Source: Octopus bimaculoides (Eukaryota). Taken from it: a DNA stretch of 64,000 bases. The translations under genes and the position numbers were made by a program. Where the stretch lies: NCBI RefSeq assembly GCF_001194135.2, contig NC_068989.1, forward strand, positions 2,776,244 to 2,840,243. The letters are read 5' to 3'. Shown piece after piece: positions 1 through 12,725 of the stretch (the first letter of the stretch is position 1; every line of letters starts with the position of its first letter). The notes below the pieces were generated by a model. The model made no database searches and was not told the DNA's origin. It saw only the letters and a list, made by a program, of their open reading frames with translations.

Positions 1-242
1 ATTTAGAATTTTAGTCGCATGACACGCTTTAGAATTTTAGTCGATTGTATATACCTTCTTGATAGGCCATTCTATATAGTTGCATTTTTATTTGCATATA
101 TATTTTTAACCTTCTGCGTTTTTTTATATATGTATTCTTTATATGTTAAAAGCCATGGAAATATTTATATATGATCAAATGTATGGAAGCTTGTGGTGTT
201 ATATAAAGTCATTGACTCGAATTTGATGTTTGTTCTCTAATC

Positions 243-286
<44 letters not shown>

Positions 287-745
287 NNNNNNNNNNNNNN
301 NNNNNNNNNNNNNNNNNNNNNNNNNNNNNNNNNNNNNNNNNNNNNNNNNNNNNNNNNNNNNNNNNNNNNNNNNNNNNNNNNNNNNNNNNNNNNNNNNNNN
401 NNNNNNNNNNNNNNNNNNNNNNNNNNNNNNNNNNNNNNNNNNNNNNNNNNNNNNNNNNNNNNNNNNNNNNNNNNNNNNNNNNNNNNNNNNNNNNNNNNNN
501 NNNNNNNNNNNNNNNNNNNNNNNNNNNNNNNNNNNNNNNNNNNNNNNNNNNNNNNNNNNNNNNNNNNNNNNNNNNNNNNNNNNNNNNNNNNNNNNNNNNN
601 NNNNNNNNNNNNNNNNNNNNNNNNNNNNNNNNNNNNNNNNNNNNNNNNNNNNNNNNNNNNNNNNNNNNNNNNNNNNNNNNNNNNNNNNNNNNNNNNNNNN
701 NNNNNNNNNNNNNNNNNNNNNNNNNNNNNNNNNNNNNNNNNNNNN
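287..745. other. Assembly gap (N) flanked by (TA)n; other gaps at 9030-9514, 13084-13093, 20011-20174 and 55033-55781
   Basis: N runs. Confidence 1.
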
Positions 746-792
<47 letters not shown>

Positions 793-1856
793 TCTATATA
801 TATATATATACATATATCTATACCTATGTATACATATAGATATCTATATATCTCTATACATACATCTAACTATATGTATATATACATATATCTATCTATA
901 CACACACACACACATTACCTCTATTTATACACCCACCCGCTCATACACAAACAACTAGAAAGTTGAGCAAAAACAAAACAAAAATAAACAAAAAACGTCA
1001 AAAATGTCCAAGTGAATTGAGAAGCACATTTTGGGGGAAAATGAGAAGGGTATGAAGTTAAAACATTGCCATTCTAGCAAGGTTTCTCTTCCATTCAGAG
1101 AGAGAGAGAGAAAGAGAGAGAGAGCAATTGAAAATTAATCAAGCTCACACTAATTTATGGAAGAAAATTATTAACAATAATAATAATAATCTCATATCTG
1201 CTATACTTAATGTCTTCGTAGTATTCCTCGAAATTACATTTCTCCAGTATTTCCCAATAATAAAATTAAAATGCATTAATTATATTTTTAAAATAATCTC
1301 CTCGAGAATAATATATATTTATATATATATATATGTATAATGCATTGTCTTTCCTATCTGCAATTTATACTTCACTATACAATGTAGCAGAAAAGTCTGA
1401 CAAAATATAATAAAATAAAACTGCAGAAAAAGAAACAAGACACCTAAATACATAAAAACAGCAGCATACAAAATCCAATATATTCAATAGACCCTACAAG
1501 CAGCATCCACAGAGCTGCCAAATGCATTCTTACATATAATTTCTTTTGCCTATATTAAACAGCCAACTGCAATAATTTTTACCTTGCTTTTCCTTCTTCT
1601 CTTTCTCTCCTGCAACTACCACCACCACCACTACCACTACCACAGCCATCTTCTTCCTACCTTTACAATTTGTGTTTCTGTTTATTTTACTGTTGTTGCT
1701 GTTGTTGTCCCTTAATTCCCTCCTCCCCACCACCACCACCACTTTTTGTTTTCCAACTCTTTATCTTATATATTTATTTCTTCTGACAAGCCAAGCAGAA
1801 ATTCCAGTTTCCTAGCATCAATACACACACACACACACACATATATATACATATAC

Positions 1857-1888
<32 letters not shown>

Positions 1889-2517
1889 ACAACGGTGGTG
1901 TTATTACTATTATTATTGCTGTTGTTGTTGTGTCACAGGCAAAAATGTGTTGGCAACCATCTTTTATCAGATGAGCAGTTTTCTTTCTTTTCATTGATTT
2001 ATTTATTTATGTTGCATCTACTCAAACATGGGAAATAAAAGATAAGGAAAGCAGTTGCTCAATAGCTGCAGCTAAAACAGGACCATACCGCTTTTTACAG
2101 CAAATCTCCATTAGCTTACAGCAACCACAACAACAACATTCACCTCTTAACACTTAAAAGAGAACAAGACTAAAACTGGATGGGGGTGGATGGGGTGCCA
2201 CACAACACACACACACAGATCTGAGATGGCAACCAAAGTGGAATTTCATATCAAACATTATATATATGTGTCTATATAAACACAAGATGCAGTTTATACA
2301 GATAGATATATACATACACATATATACACGCACATGCAAACACACAAATTTTTTAGGGGAGGGTGAATAAACAAATTTGATTAGAATTATTGGGTAATAA
2401 AAGCGAAAATTAATAGCAAGATATCACATAGATATAAATGATAAAATGTTCAAGTCTCATCTGCATGTGAGTGTAGGTGGGATAAACATTACATATATAA
2501 GCTAATTGGTAGAATGC

Positions 2518-2566
<49 letters not shown>

Positions 2567-2779
2567 TACATACATACACATCTACATGTATATTATAAAT
2601 TATAATCTCAATTTCAAACACCCACCCACACGTATAGACTTCACATTCTATAGCAAGCTCAAATATCAATATTTTTAAACTACATTAATTAAATATTTTT
2701 AAAAATGGAAATATGTAGCATCTTGGTGGGATTAGCAATGTTCTGTTTCTTACATACGATACACAACTAGAAATAATTT

Positions 2780-3590
2780 CTTAAACAGGCACAAGGCCAG
2801 ATATTTAGATTAAATAGAATCTAGTAAATGACTGGTACAGGTCTCGACTCCAGGAAGATGAAAGACAAACTAACCTACAGTGGGATTTGAACTCAGATCT
2901 TATAGTCAGAACAAAGACCTGTGGTCCAACAAAAGCACTTGGTCCAACACTTTAGTGATAATTGGGTGGAGGGTTTAAATAAGGTCATTTATTTTATTTT
3001 TACAGTTTATAACTGGTATATGTTATATCGACCCTGGAAGAATAAAAGGCAAAGTCAACCTTGGAATAAACAGAACTAAACACCATACCATAAGGCACTG
3101 CCCTATCCTCTAACAAAATTCCACCACATTATGAGAATGGTTTCAAATTTTGGCACAAGGCCAGCAATTTCAAGGAATAGGTAGGTCAATTGCATCGACC
3201 CCGGTATTCAACTGGTACTTATTTTATCAACCCCAAAAGTGGACCTCGGTGGAATTTGAACCCAGAATGTAAGGACAGATAAGATACTGCTCAGCATTTT
3301 GCTCAGCATTTTAACAATTCTGCCAGCTCACTGCCTTGACACAATAATAATAATAATAATAATAATAATAATCCTCTCTACTAAAGGCACAAGGCCTGAA
3401 GTTTGGGGGGAAGGGGCCTAGTCAATTACATTGAACCCAGTGTTCCACTGGTACTTAATTTATCGACCCCAAAAGGATGAAAGACAAAGTCAACCTCAGC
3501 AGAATTTGAACTCAGAACATAACGACGGGTGAAATATCGCTAAGCAGTTCACCCAGTGTGCTAACAATTCTGCCAGCTCACCGCCTTAAA
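2780..3590 (-). mobile_element. Cluster of tRNA-derived SINEs (family B, core ctttcatcctttcggggtcgataaaataagtaccag) separated by (AAT)n tails
   Basis: Copies at ~2780-2930, 3139-3338 and 3373-3587; core resembles the Meta-type SINE central domain (from memory). Confidence 0.85.
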
Positions 3591-4599
3591 AATAATAATA
3601 ATAGTAACAATAATTTTAGCGAACCCTCAAGAAACTGGGGAAGGGTGGATTCCATTGCGCACACACACACACACACATTCAAAACAAATATTCAAAGAAA
3701 GTGAAGTTATGAAAAAAACATTTGTAGGTGGTGGGTGGTGGTGGTGGTAGTGGTGGTGTTATGAGACACAGGTAACAATAGTTCCATGGTATTTTGACAC
3801 AAAGTTCAATAAGAATATGGAAATCTTTACATGTACATATCATAAGAATTCTGGTGTTTTTTAAAAGACTAAGAAATACTAAAACAACAAAAATTAAAAA
3901 AAAAAGAATTTCAAGTTAAATAAGGAACTAAAACAAAAATAAATGAAAAGAAACTGTGTTGAAGATAATGATAGTAATAATAATAATAATAATTTTCTTT
4001 TCTCCACAGGAATTTGACTATGATTAGAGCTCAGTGAGTTAATCAAAAATCTTTATCATTTTTATTACCGTCATCTTTCATTTTCTTATGCTTTGTAATT
4101 AAAATGAATCATGAATATAATAATAATGATAATAATAGTAATAATAAATAATAAAGAAAGAAAATTTTAAAGCAAAAACATTAAAGAAATGAAGAAAACT
4201 TGTGAAAAAAATGAAAAGAAATTGGTTACTTGGAAAGATGTTTAATGAAAATGAAAATGAAAATACAGTGTTGGAAAGTGTCGGAAATAGAAAAAAGGAT
4301 GTGAAATATCATAAAAGAATATGAAAAATATATTTAACAGTATGACCTCAACGTGACAACAGGAAAAGAAAATGGCCAAATGCAAAAAGTAGAGAAAAAA
4401 AAGAAAGAAAAACATAAGATTAGCATCAAAGAGTTAAGAACAAGAGAAAACGGAAAGAGAGAAACAGAGTTGTAATGGAATTCAGCGTGTTAAGCACTGA
4501 GAAAGCAAACAAATAACAATAACATTAAGAAGAACAATTGTTTGAAAAAGAGAAAGAAGAGAGGAGGGGAAAAAATGAAAATTATACCAACAGCACAAG

Positions 4600-5430
4600 A
4601 ACAAGGCGTCTTGGAAGATGACATTGAACTAGACAATGAGGGTTTTTGCACTTTGACAGCCGACCGCGATCTGACACTAACACATTCAGCACCACTGTAG
4701 GAGGCGGCTAGTTAAACAGTTAACTGCTGTAGATGTGACTGCAATTGCAGGGATGAAACGAGCTTGTTCTTCACAGAAATATTATTACTCTCAATAACAG
4801 TAAAAACAATAATGGTAGTTAGGAGGAACAGCAGAGCTGAGGGAAGACTGAGGCTACGTCAGAAAAGTATTCACAGGTAAAGGAATGAGAAGAAAACAAG
4901 GATAAGGATAATAATAATAATAAAGATAACAGGTGTAGCTGCCGTTGACATCCAGAGTTTATACATTTGCTGATGGTGGTGTAAGATCAAACAGAAGAAA
5001 AGAAATTTCAAATCCCTCCTCTTGTCTATAAAAACGTTTTGTTTCCAGCGTGTTGTTGTTGTTGTTGTTGTTTTTTCACGGCGGTTCAGAGTCTGTTTCT
5101 TTGTATTTTTTTTGTTCTTTCTTCTTTAGAAAAGAAATATTGTTCTTGCCCAACAACACCGACTGAAGCGATTTTGGACCATTAAGTCATTATCACAGCC
5201 AACCGAGACCAAAAGGCATGGGTGTCAATAATAACAACAGTAGTGGTGGTGGTGGTAGTAGTAGTAGTAGTAGTATCAATAATTCTTATGAGAAGGGACA
5301 ATAAATAGCAGCAGCCGATTCATTGGATAATATTAGGATAGATGCAGGGGTAGATGGCAGTGGAATAATCCTGCGGAGTAGCAAGAGTTAGGCAGGCGAC
5401 CAAAATTAAAGAAACCGCATGCACGAACGC
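4600..5430. promoter_or_regulatory. CpG-retaining region, possible promoter/5' UTR (probably minus strand)
   Basis: Visible CpG enrichment relative to flanks, interspersed (TTG)n/(GTG)n/(TAG)n repeats; no long ORF. Confidence 0.35.
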
Positions 5431-5574
5431 ACTTATACACACTTACCTACACACACACACACACTTACATCTCAGATTTTTGAGTCGACTTGCACTTTGG
5501 CTATTACAGATCAAAACGGGGGGGAGGGATAATGATTCTTTTTGTTTTATTCTATTTCTTTCCCCCCCCCCTTC

Positions 5575-5950
5575 AGTTTTATTGGTTTCAGTCACTTGAC
5601 TCCAGCCATGCTGGGGCACCACCTTGAAGAATTTTTAGTCAAATGAATCGCACCACTCGGTACTTTTTTTTTTTTGTAAACCTGGTACTTATTGTATCAG
5701 TCTCTTTTGCCGAACCACTAAGTTATGATGACATATATTCACCAATACCAGGTGTCAAGTGGTGGTGGGGGACAAACACAAACACACACAACAGGCTTCT
5801 TTCAGTTTCCGTCTACCAAATCTACTCACAAGGCTTAAGGTCAGCCTGTGGCTATAGTAGAAGACACTTGCCCAAAGTGCCATGCAGTGGGATTGAACCC
5901 CAGAACCATGCAGTTGAGAAGGAACATCTTACTACACAGCCAAACCTGTG
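5575..5950 (-). mobile_element. tRNA-derived SINE (family C, ctttcagtttccgtctacc...ctatagtagaagacacttgc)
   Basis: Shared with copies at ~12940-13270, 44075-44305, 46130-46210, 48850-49130, 51800-51915 and 59090-59420. Confidence 0.85.
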
Positions 5951-6339
5951 CCTACATTGTGAAGGAATCTTTTTTCTTTCCTTCAATTCTTCATGGATAA
6001 TAACTTATATTTCAGAGAGTTATAATGTGATTGAAATGTAAATTATAGCAAAGAAGAAAATAAATAAAATTTAGGGGAAAAAAAAAAACAAAAAAAAAAT
6101 AAGTACAAACAAAAACATGAGATGAAATGGCATCAATTGATGGAGAGAGTCCAAGAAAGAAGAGTTTATCCAATTTTTCTTTGAATTTTTCATAATTTTA
6201 ATTTCTTGTTTTTAGAAATAAACTTGGTCAACTTTAAAAAGGGAATTTCAAACTGCAATAACACCATTGGCCAAATTAAAACATTTGTACATAATTAAAA
6301 TAATTACTTTGGACTGGACACGGGACTAGTTGTGTTGAA

Positions 6340-7185
6340 GGGGGAGAGTTAAAAGAAAATCAACTGAAGCAACCCCCCAGCCCCTAGTATAACAACTGGT
6401 ACTTCTACCTTTTTATCAGCAACAGATGAATTAAAACTGAAGCCAAAACCTCCCTCAGCAACCATTCTCAGTGTAATTTTCATTAATAATAATAATAATA
6501 ATAATAATAACAATAATGATAGTAATATTAACATAAGCACAAGGCCTTAAATTTGGAAGAAGGGAGTAGTCAACTACATCAAACCCCCCAGTGCTTGACT
6601 GGTGCTTATTTTATTGACCCCGAAAGGATGGAAGGCAAACATCCACCTCGACAGCATTTGAACTCCAAACCTAAAGCCAAAAGAAATGCCACTAAGCATT
6701 TTGTCTGACTGACTAATGACTCAGCCAGCAGCTCATCACCTTCATAATCACCATCTTCGTCACTCAACGTGTGCTTTCCATGCTGGTATGGGTTGGACAA
6801 TAATAATAATAATAATAATGGTTTCAAATTTTGCCACAAGGGCAGCAATCTTGGGGCAGGGGATGAGTCAATTACATCAACCCCAGTCTTCCACTGGTAA
6901 TAATAATAATAATTGTAGCCTGATGTTAGGAATTCTTCTTTTCCAACAGTTTAATTATTTCATAGACGTCTATGAAATAATAATAATAATAACCCTTTCT
7001 ATTATAGGCACAAGGCCTGAAATTTGGTGGGGCAGGATGGGGATAGTTGATTACATTGAACCCTATGTCCAACTGGTACTTATTTTTACTGACCCCAAAA
7101 GGATAAAAGGTAAAGTCGACCTCGGTGCAATTTGAACTCAGAACACAAAATGTGCCAACGGTTCTGCCAGCTCATCACCTTTTAC
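6340..7185 (-). mobile_element. Cluster of family-B SINE copies and fragments with (AAT)n tails
   Basis: Repeated ggcacaaggcc...aactggtacttattt...atttgaactc motifs at ~6536, 6820 and 6995. Confidence 0.8.
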
Positions 7186-7752
7186 TTTAATGATGATGAT
7201 GATGATGATCATGATGATGGTTGCTCCTGTCAATTTCAACATGTGAGCATTTGAAGGAATATTAATTAATTAATAATAATAATAATGATAATAATAATAA
7301 TAATCGATGCACTAACACCAAATGGGTGGAATTATGCCTGTGTGTGTATATATTTTGATAAACCAAGTGAAAACATAAATAAAACTGGTATTAACATGTG
7401 ATAAACATTAAAAGTAACAAAAACATAATTATTAAAAGAAATTATATTGTTTTTTTTTTTTAAATAACCAAACAGTGAAAAATAAAAAAAAAACATGCAT
7501 TAAATAAGAAAATGTCAGAATTGGTGAGAAACTATTGGAAGAGGTGAAAAAAATAAGCAGAAATAATATCTTAATGGCAAACCAATTAAGGGTGCAAGAG
7601 CTGGTGGAGATTAGGGATTATTAAGGACTAGGATTAGGGTGCAGAGATTTTGATGGATGTTAGAGATTAAAATGCAAAAACACAACATTAATCGTTTGAG
7701 ATTAGTACAATATGGATTTAACAACAAATAGAAAGACCAAAATGTTTGTGAG

Positions 7753-7772
7753 CATATATATATATATATATG

Positions 7773-7803
<31 letters not shown>

Positions 7804-8015
7804 ATAATATATATATATTTAATATATACAATATATAATATATACAATATAATATAAATATATCCGATATAATAATATATATAATATACATATATTATAA
7901 TATATATATATATATAATATATATAAATAAAATACATAAACATGTGTTTGTATATATATATATATAACGTGTATAAACATATGTATAAATACATGTATGT
8001 GTGTGTGTGTGTTGC
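7753..8015. repeat. (TA)n-rich low-complexity tract followed by (GT)n
   Basis: Direct inspection; many similar (TA)n/(CA)n/(AAT)n tracts across the window. Confidence 0.95.
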
Positions 8016-8430
8016 ATGTCTCGTTTCTCTGTTTTTTCGTTGTTCAAAAAAAGTTTGTTTTCTGTTTTCGGTGGTGCATGGAGATTCTACATTTTGTTTT
8101 TCTTTTTTTTTTTTCTTTTTTGAAACCAAATCATGGTGATAAATGAAGACAGATGCACTTGCAACAAGAATTTCTACACACACGTCTTTGGGACTACAGG
8201 ATTATCTAAGGTTTTGTGAAACAAAGTATGTCTCCGAGGAGGAACAAAAAGAAAGTGAATCAACTAGCACCACCGCAGAGAGAATAAGTATTCTCTAAAA
8301 CAAGGGAGGACCAACATGCTGACTGCTTTTGCAGATTTTGAAGATTGCAGTCAAGTTAAATTCTTGGAAGCATCACCAGAAAGGTTTAGTTAGGATTGTT
8401 TTTAACGTGGCATCAAAGATAAATAATATG

Positions 8431-8620
8431 AAGTTAAAGAAGTGATTTTAAATTCTCAATCGCAGAATAATGCTAATAATATAGCCTGAACAGGATAAAC
8501 TATCCCTATTTTGCAGAGAAAAGTGTAGGGGGCTCTGCAAAATAGGGGTAGTTTATCCTGTTCAGGCTATATTATTAACATTATTCTGCGATTGAGAATT
8601 TAAAATCACTTCTTTAACTT
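8431..8620. mobile_element. Fold-back (palindromic) MITE, ~88-bp arms, 14-nt loop
   Basis: 8431-8518 is the reverse complement of 8533-8620 with about 2 mismatches. Confidence 0.85.
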
Positions 8621-8891
8621 TCTAAAAGACTTCTCAACGTTTCTAAAAGCAAACTTCGTTTGTTTATTTACATTTGTCGTAATTTGAAATAAATAATATA
8701 TATATATACATATATATAAATAATGGAAATGGTTTAAGATTTTTAAGTGAAATCTAGAGGTAAAAATAGAAAAGTATATTTGTAGAGATAATACTCTATA
8801 ATATTAGAGAAGTATGTATTTCTGGTGTTTTGTCTCATTTATATAAATATATAATCTCATATACATATATACCTATATACATATTTACACA

Positions 8892-8932
<41 letters not shown>

Positions 8933-9514
8933 TTTTAATATAAAAACAGTTATTAGAACATTAGTAAAAGAAACATCAATGAGCAGTGAGTGATAGTGAC
9001 TAAAACACAATAAAGGATTATTCATTAGTNNNNNNNNNNNNNNNNNNNNNNNNNNNNNNNNNNNNNNNNNNNNNNNNNNNNNNNNNNNNNNNNNNNNNNN
9101 NNNNNNNNNNNNNNNNNNNNNNNNNNNNNNNNNNNNNNNNNNNNNNNNNNNNNNNNNNNNNNNNNNNNNNNNNNNNNNNNNNNNNNNNNNNNNNNNNNNN
9201 NNNNNNNNNNNNNNNNNNNNNNNNNNNNNNNNNNNNNNNNNNNNNNNNNNNNNNNNNNNNNNNNNNNNNNNNNNNNNNNNNNNNNNNNNNNNNNNNNNNN
9301 NNNNNNNNNNNNNNNNNNNNNNNNNNNNNNNNNNNNNNNNNNNNNNNNNNNNNNNNNNNNNNNNNNNNNNNNNNNNNNNNNNNNNNNNNNNNNNNNNNNN
9401 NNNNNNNNNNNNNNNNNNNNNNNNNNNNNNNNNNNNNNNNNNNNNNNNNNNNNNNNNNNNNNNNNNNNNNNNNNNNNNNNNNNNNNNNNNNNNNNNNNNN
9501 NNNNNNNNNNNNNN

Positions 9515-9550
<36 letters not shown>

Positions 9551-11321
9551 GCATGTATATATATCAACACACACACAAATTAAAAAGGAGAAAGAATTAT
9601 TTAGACTGATGCCAATGGCAACAATAGAATGTTTGTTAAAAAAAAAAAAAGTGAGATGAGGTACTTCTTTGCAGTTGTGTGTAATTAAAATGAATATTTA
9701 GGGTTGAGAAAAAGAAAATTAGTCTGGATTTAAACAAGATTTTTCTAGTATTCTAGAGAGAAGACTTTCTCAAAGGAATGGCACCCAACTAGCTTCAATG
9801 GCAGACAACTAGATTTACAGTTTAAACAGTTTATCTAGTCTTATTTCTTAATTCTCCAGAACAAAGCACAAACTGAGGCTTCTATGGTGATTCCATTAAA
9901 ATTCCTTCCAGGTACAAGAAAACATACATTCTCTCAGCTTTAATACCGAGAAGTATTTTAAAGAAAAACTTTATTAGTTTTACAAGTATTTTACTAGTTT
10001 CAGACATTCAGCTGAGGCCATGCTACAGCACTACCTTCAAATGTTTACTTTTTTTACACCCATAAATCTACCAATACTAATTATAATTTGGTTACTTATT
10101 TTATTGATTTCTGTCCGCCGTGTCTCATAGGTTATGGAACAATGTAAACACAAACATTTCCACAATGATTTTCCAAAGCATCCAAATTCCACTCACAAGA
10201 ATCTTGTGAGATATATATAGATATATAGATATATATAGATATATATATTACACACACACACACACTTATAGCGAAAATCTTCATGTGAAAAGACCTTGCT
10301 TCATGCATCTATAAGAACTTGTGTTACTCCATACACCTACATTATAAATCTTTATTATGTGATTATGGCATAAGCCATGGTTCACCCGAAACAGCTGTCA
10401 AGATTAGACTATTACAGAACATTGTCTTTCATGTAAATATACCCATGAAGCCTTCTTGCATTTATATGTTCATGTGTAGAATTAGCAGATTCCAGTACCA
10501 GATATTGAAGTCTACCTAATGTGTGAAATAACTATTTAAAATGCAAAAATTTATTTTTCTGCTTAAACATTAAGGAAGAACGGGTGAATGATTGAAATGA
10601 TCTGATTTGTGAAATTGAAAATTAAATTTCAAAAAATAAGACAAATAGAAAAAAAAAAAAAATCAAAATGTCACATTGTGCACAATTTTTTTTTTTTTTT
10701 TTTTTAAAGAAAAATTTTAATTTATGAAGGGAAAAAAAAATACACAGCAAAAAGTACCACTTCAAATCAATATTTAGTATAAAATGGATGCTATACAAAA
10801 GATGTATTATCCTTAGATAGACTTTTGATAAGCAATAAAATCAATTATGACTCAGAGCTAAAATAAATCTATGGCATTATGTGATCCTATATAATATTGA
10901 TTCATTATATTGGAAGAATGTGGGTTTAGAATCACTGAGAAAGGAAATTAGACTGCATGACAATGCATGCTTTTTTCTTCTGGGTATTCATCAGAAACAA
11001 CTATAATGGTTCCAGTGAAAGAGTCTCAGACAGTCGAGGCTCACCAGCAGTTTGCTTCTATTCTATGCTAAGAATTATGTTCAAGGACAATAATGACTCT
11101 CTACAGAGTTTCAGGCAGAAGAATAAGCACAAGACTTAAAAAGTGAGTCCTGGGGTCAAATTGTTCAGCTAACAATCCTTCAAAACAGTGCCCCGGCATG
11201 GCCACAGTCCAATGACTGGAACAAGGATAAAAAATATTAGGTAATTTTTTTTTCTTTAAGATTATATATAAATTATATTATATATTAGATTATGATTTTA
11301 TATACACACACACATAAAGGA

Positions 11322-11628
11322 GGACTCCGTCAGTTACGACGACAAGGGCCCCAGCTGATACGATCAACGGAACAGCTTGCTCATAAAATTAACATGCAGG
11401 TGGCTGAGCACTCCACAGACACGTGCACCCTAAAGTAGTTCTCAGGGAGATTCAGCGTGACAAGGCTGGCCCCTTTGAAATACAGGTACAACTCATTTTT
11501 GTCAGCTGAGTGGACTGGAGCAATGTGAAATAAGGTGTCTTGCTTAAGGACACGATGCGTCGCCGGGAATTGAACTCACGACCTTACGATCATGAACCGA
11601 ATCCCCTAACCACTAAGCCACATGCCTT
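11322..11628 (-). mobile_element. tRNA-derived SINE (family A-related)
   Basis: Reverse complement of the family-A tail plus a tRNA-like head (gggaattgaactcacg...ccctaaccact). Confidence 0.85.
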
Positions 11629-12152
11629 CAACACACTCACACACATAAGGCACAAGCTCAAACTTTATTGCAGGTCAAGTACTAATCCTACACAAGGCAA
11701 GGTACATAACTCTGTTTACTTTGTGTCTCGACTCATCTGCCAAAACATCTTCCACACCAGATACTTCACAGCTAAGTGCTTAAAAAATTATCAGGTCTAT
11801 TCTCACGTGGAAAGATAGAATTAAAATCGAAATATGTTATGCGCTCGTTTTTATAATCAGTTTTTGTGAAACAGTCTATCAGAATACATCTTGTGCATCT
11901 TTCCATTTTAAACTTGGCATCTACCATGCATGGTATGGAAAAAAAAAAAACAAAGAACAATTTAAACAGGAAATCGTGAGCAAAACAATCAACATGTAGC
12001 AAATGAAATGGCAATCATGGAAAAAGCAGCACAAAATTGTCTGGACTATTTACCTACAAAGAAATGAAAGCAAGAAAGCATTTGGCACACACAAACAGAA
12101 AAGAAAACCAAGCAAAAGATGAGGAAAGGGTATGAAAAGGGATGTGGAAAAG

Positions 12153-12200
12153 GGGTGAGAGTTGAAAGGGTGAGAGTTGAAAGGGTGAGAGTTGAAAGGG
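12153..12200 (+). repeat. 15-bp tandem repeat (gggtgagagttgaaa) x3
   Basis: Direct inspection. Confidence 0.85.
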
Positions 12201-12429
12201 TTTTGAGTATTGTTGCTTTTATGTGAAAACTGGAGGGAACCTGTCAGGATTTATAAATGTGGGGACAAAATACACTGGGAGAATTATTAGCATCAAGATG
12301 CTTATCGACAAATACTCCTTCCCACTTCATACGGTGAATCGTCAGGGTCGACCGTTTCACCTCAACATTACCATTTTCACCATTTTCCAGCGCCGTCCAA
12401 TCACATCCATTCTCCTCTCTCCTAAAACA

Positions 12430-12725
12430 TAACCATGTAACTCCTCTTCTGCTTTGGCCCTTTTCTCTCATACTTGACCCTCTTCCTTGCATAAAGTCAG
12501 CCCCTTGATGTTCATAGTCTTGTAAGCTGCATGGCAATCACACAAGAACTGGTGGCATGAAAAAACACCCAGTAAAAGTTGTCAAGCGGTTGGTGTTAGG
12601 AAGCGCATCCAGTTGTTGGGGAAATGCTAAAGTAAACAGTGGAATACAATGTAATCCTTGCACCCATTGGATCCTGTGAGACTGTCCAACCCATGCCAGC
12701 ATGGAATATGGACATTAAATGATGA
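12430..12725 (-). mobile_element. Interspersed repeat family D (catcatcatcgtttaacgtc..ccatgctggcatggg type)
   Basis: Shares blocks with 35240-35465, 45310-45690, 47950-48200, 50485-50790 and 56890-57300. Confidence 0.7.

Noticed and set aside
230-966. Long ORFs at 230-966, 8894-9576 and 19975-20277
   Set aside because: Artefacts of N runs and (TA)n
4575-4700. 41-aa plus-strand ORF (MKIIPTAQEQGVLEDD...)
   Set aside because: Short, no homology recognised, no splice or promoter support
12244-12537. Terminal coding exon (ENGCDWTALENG...)
   Set aside because: Its upstream half is the tail of interspersed repeat family D, which continues into similar purine-rich sequence at ~51.0-51.3 kb; no homology recognised
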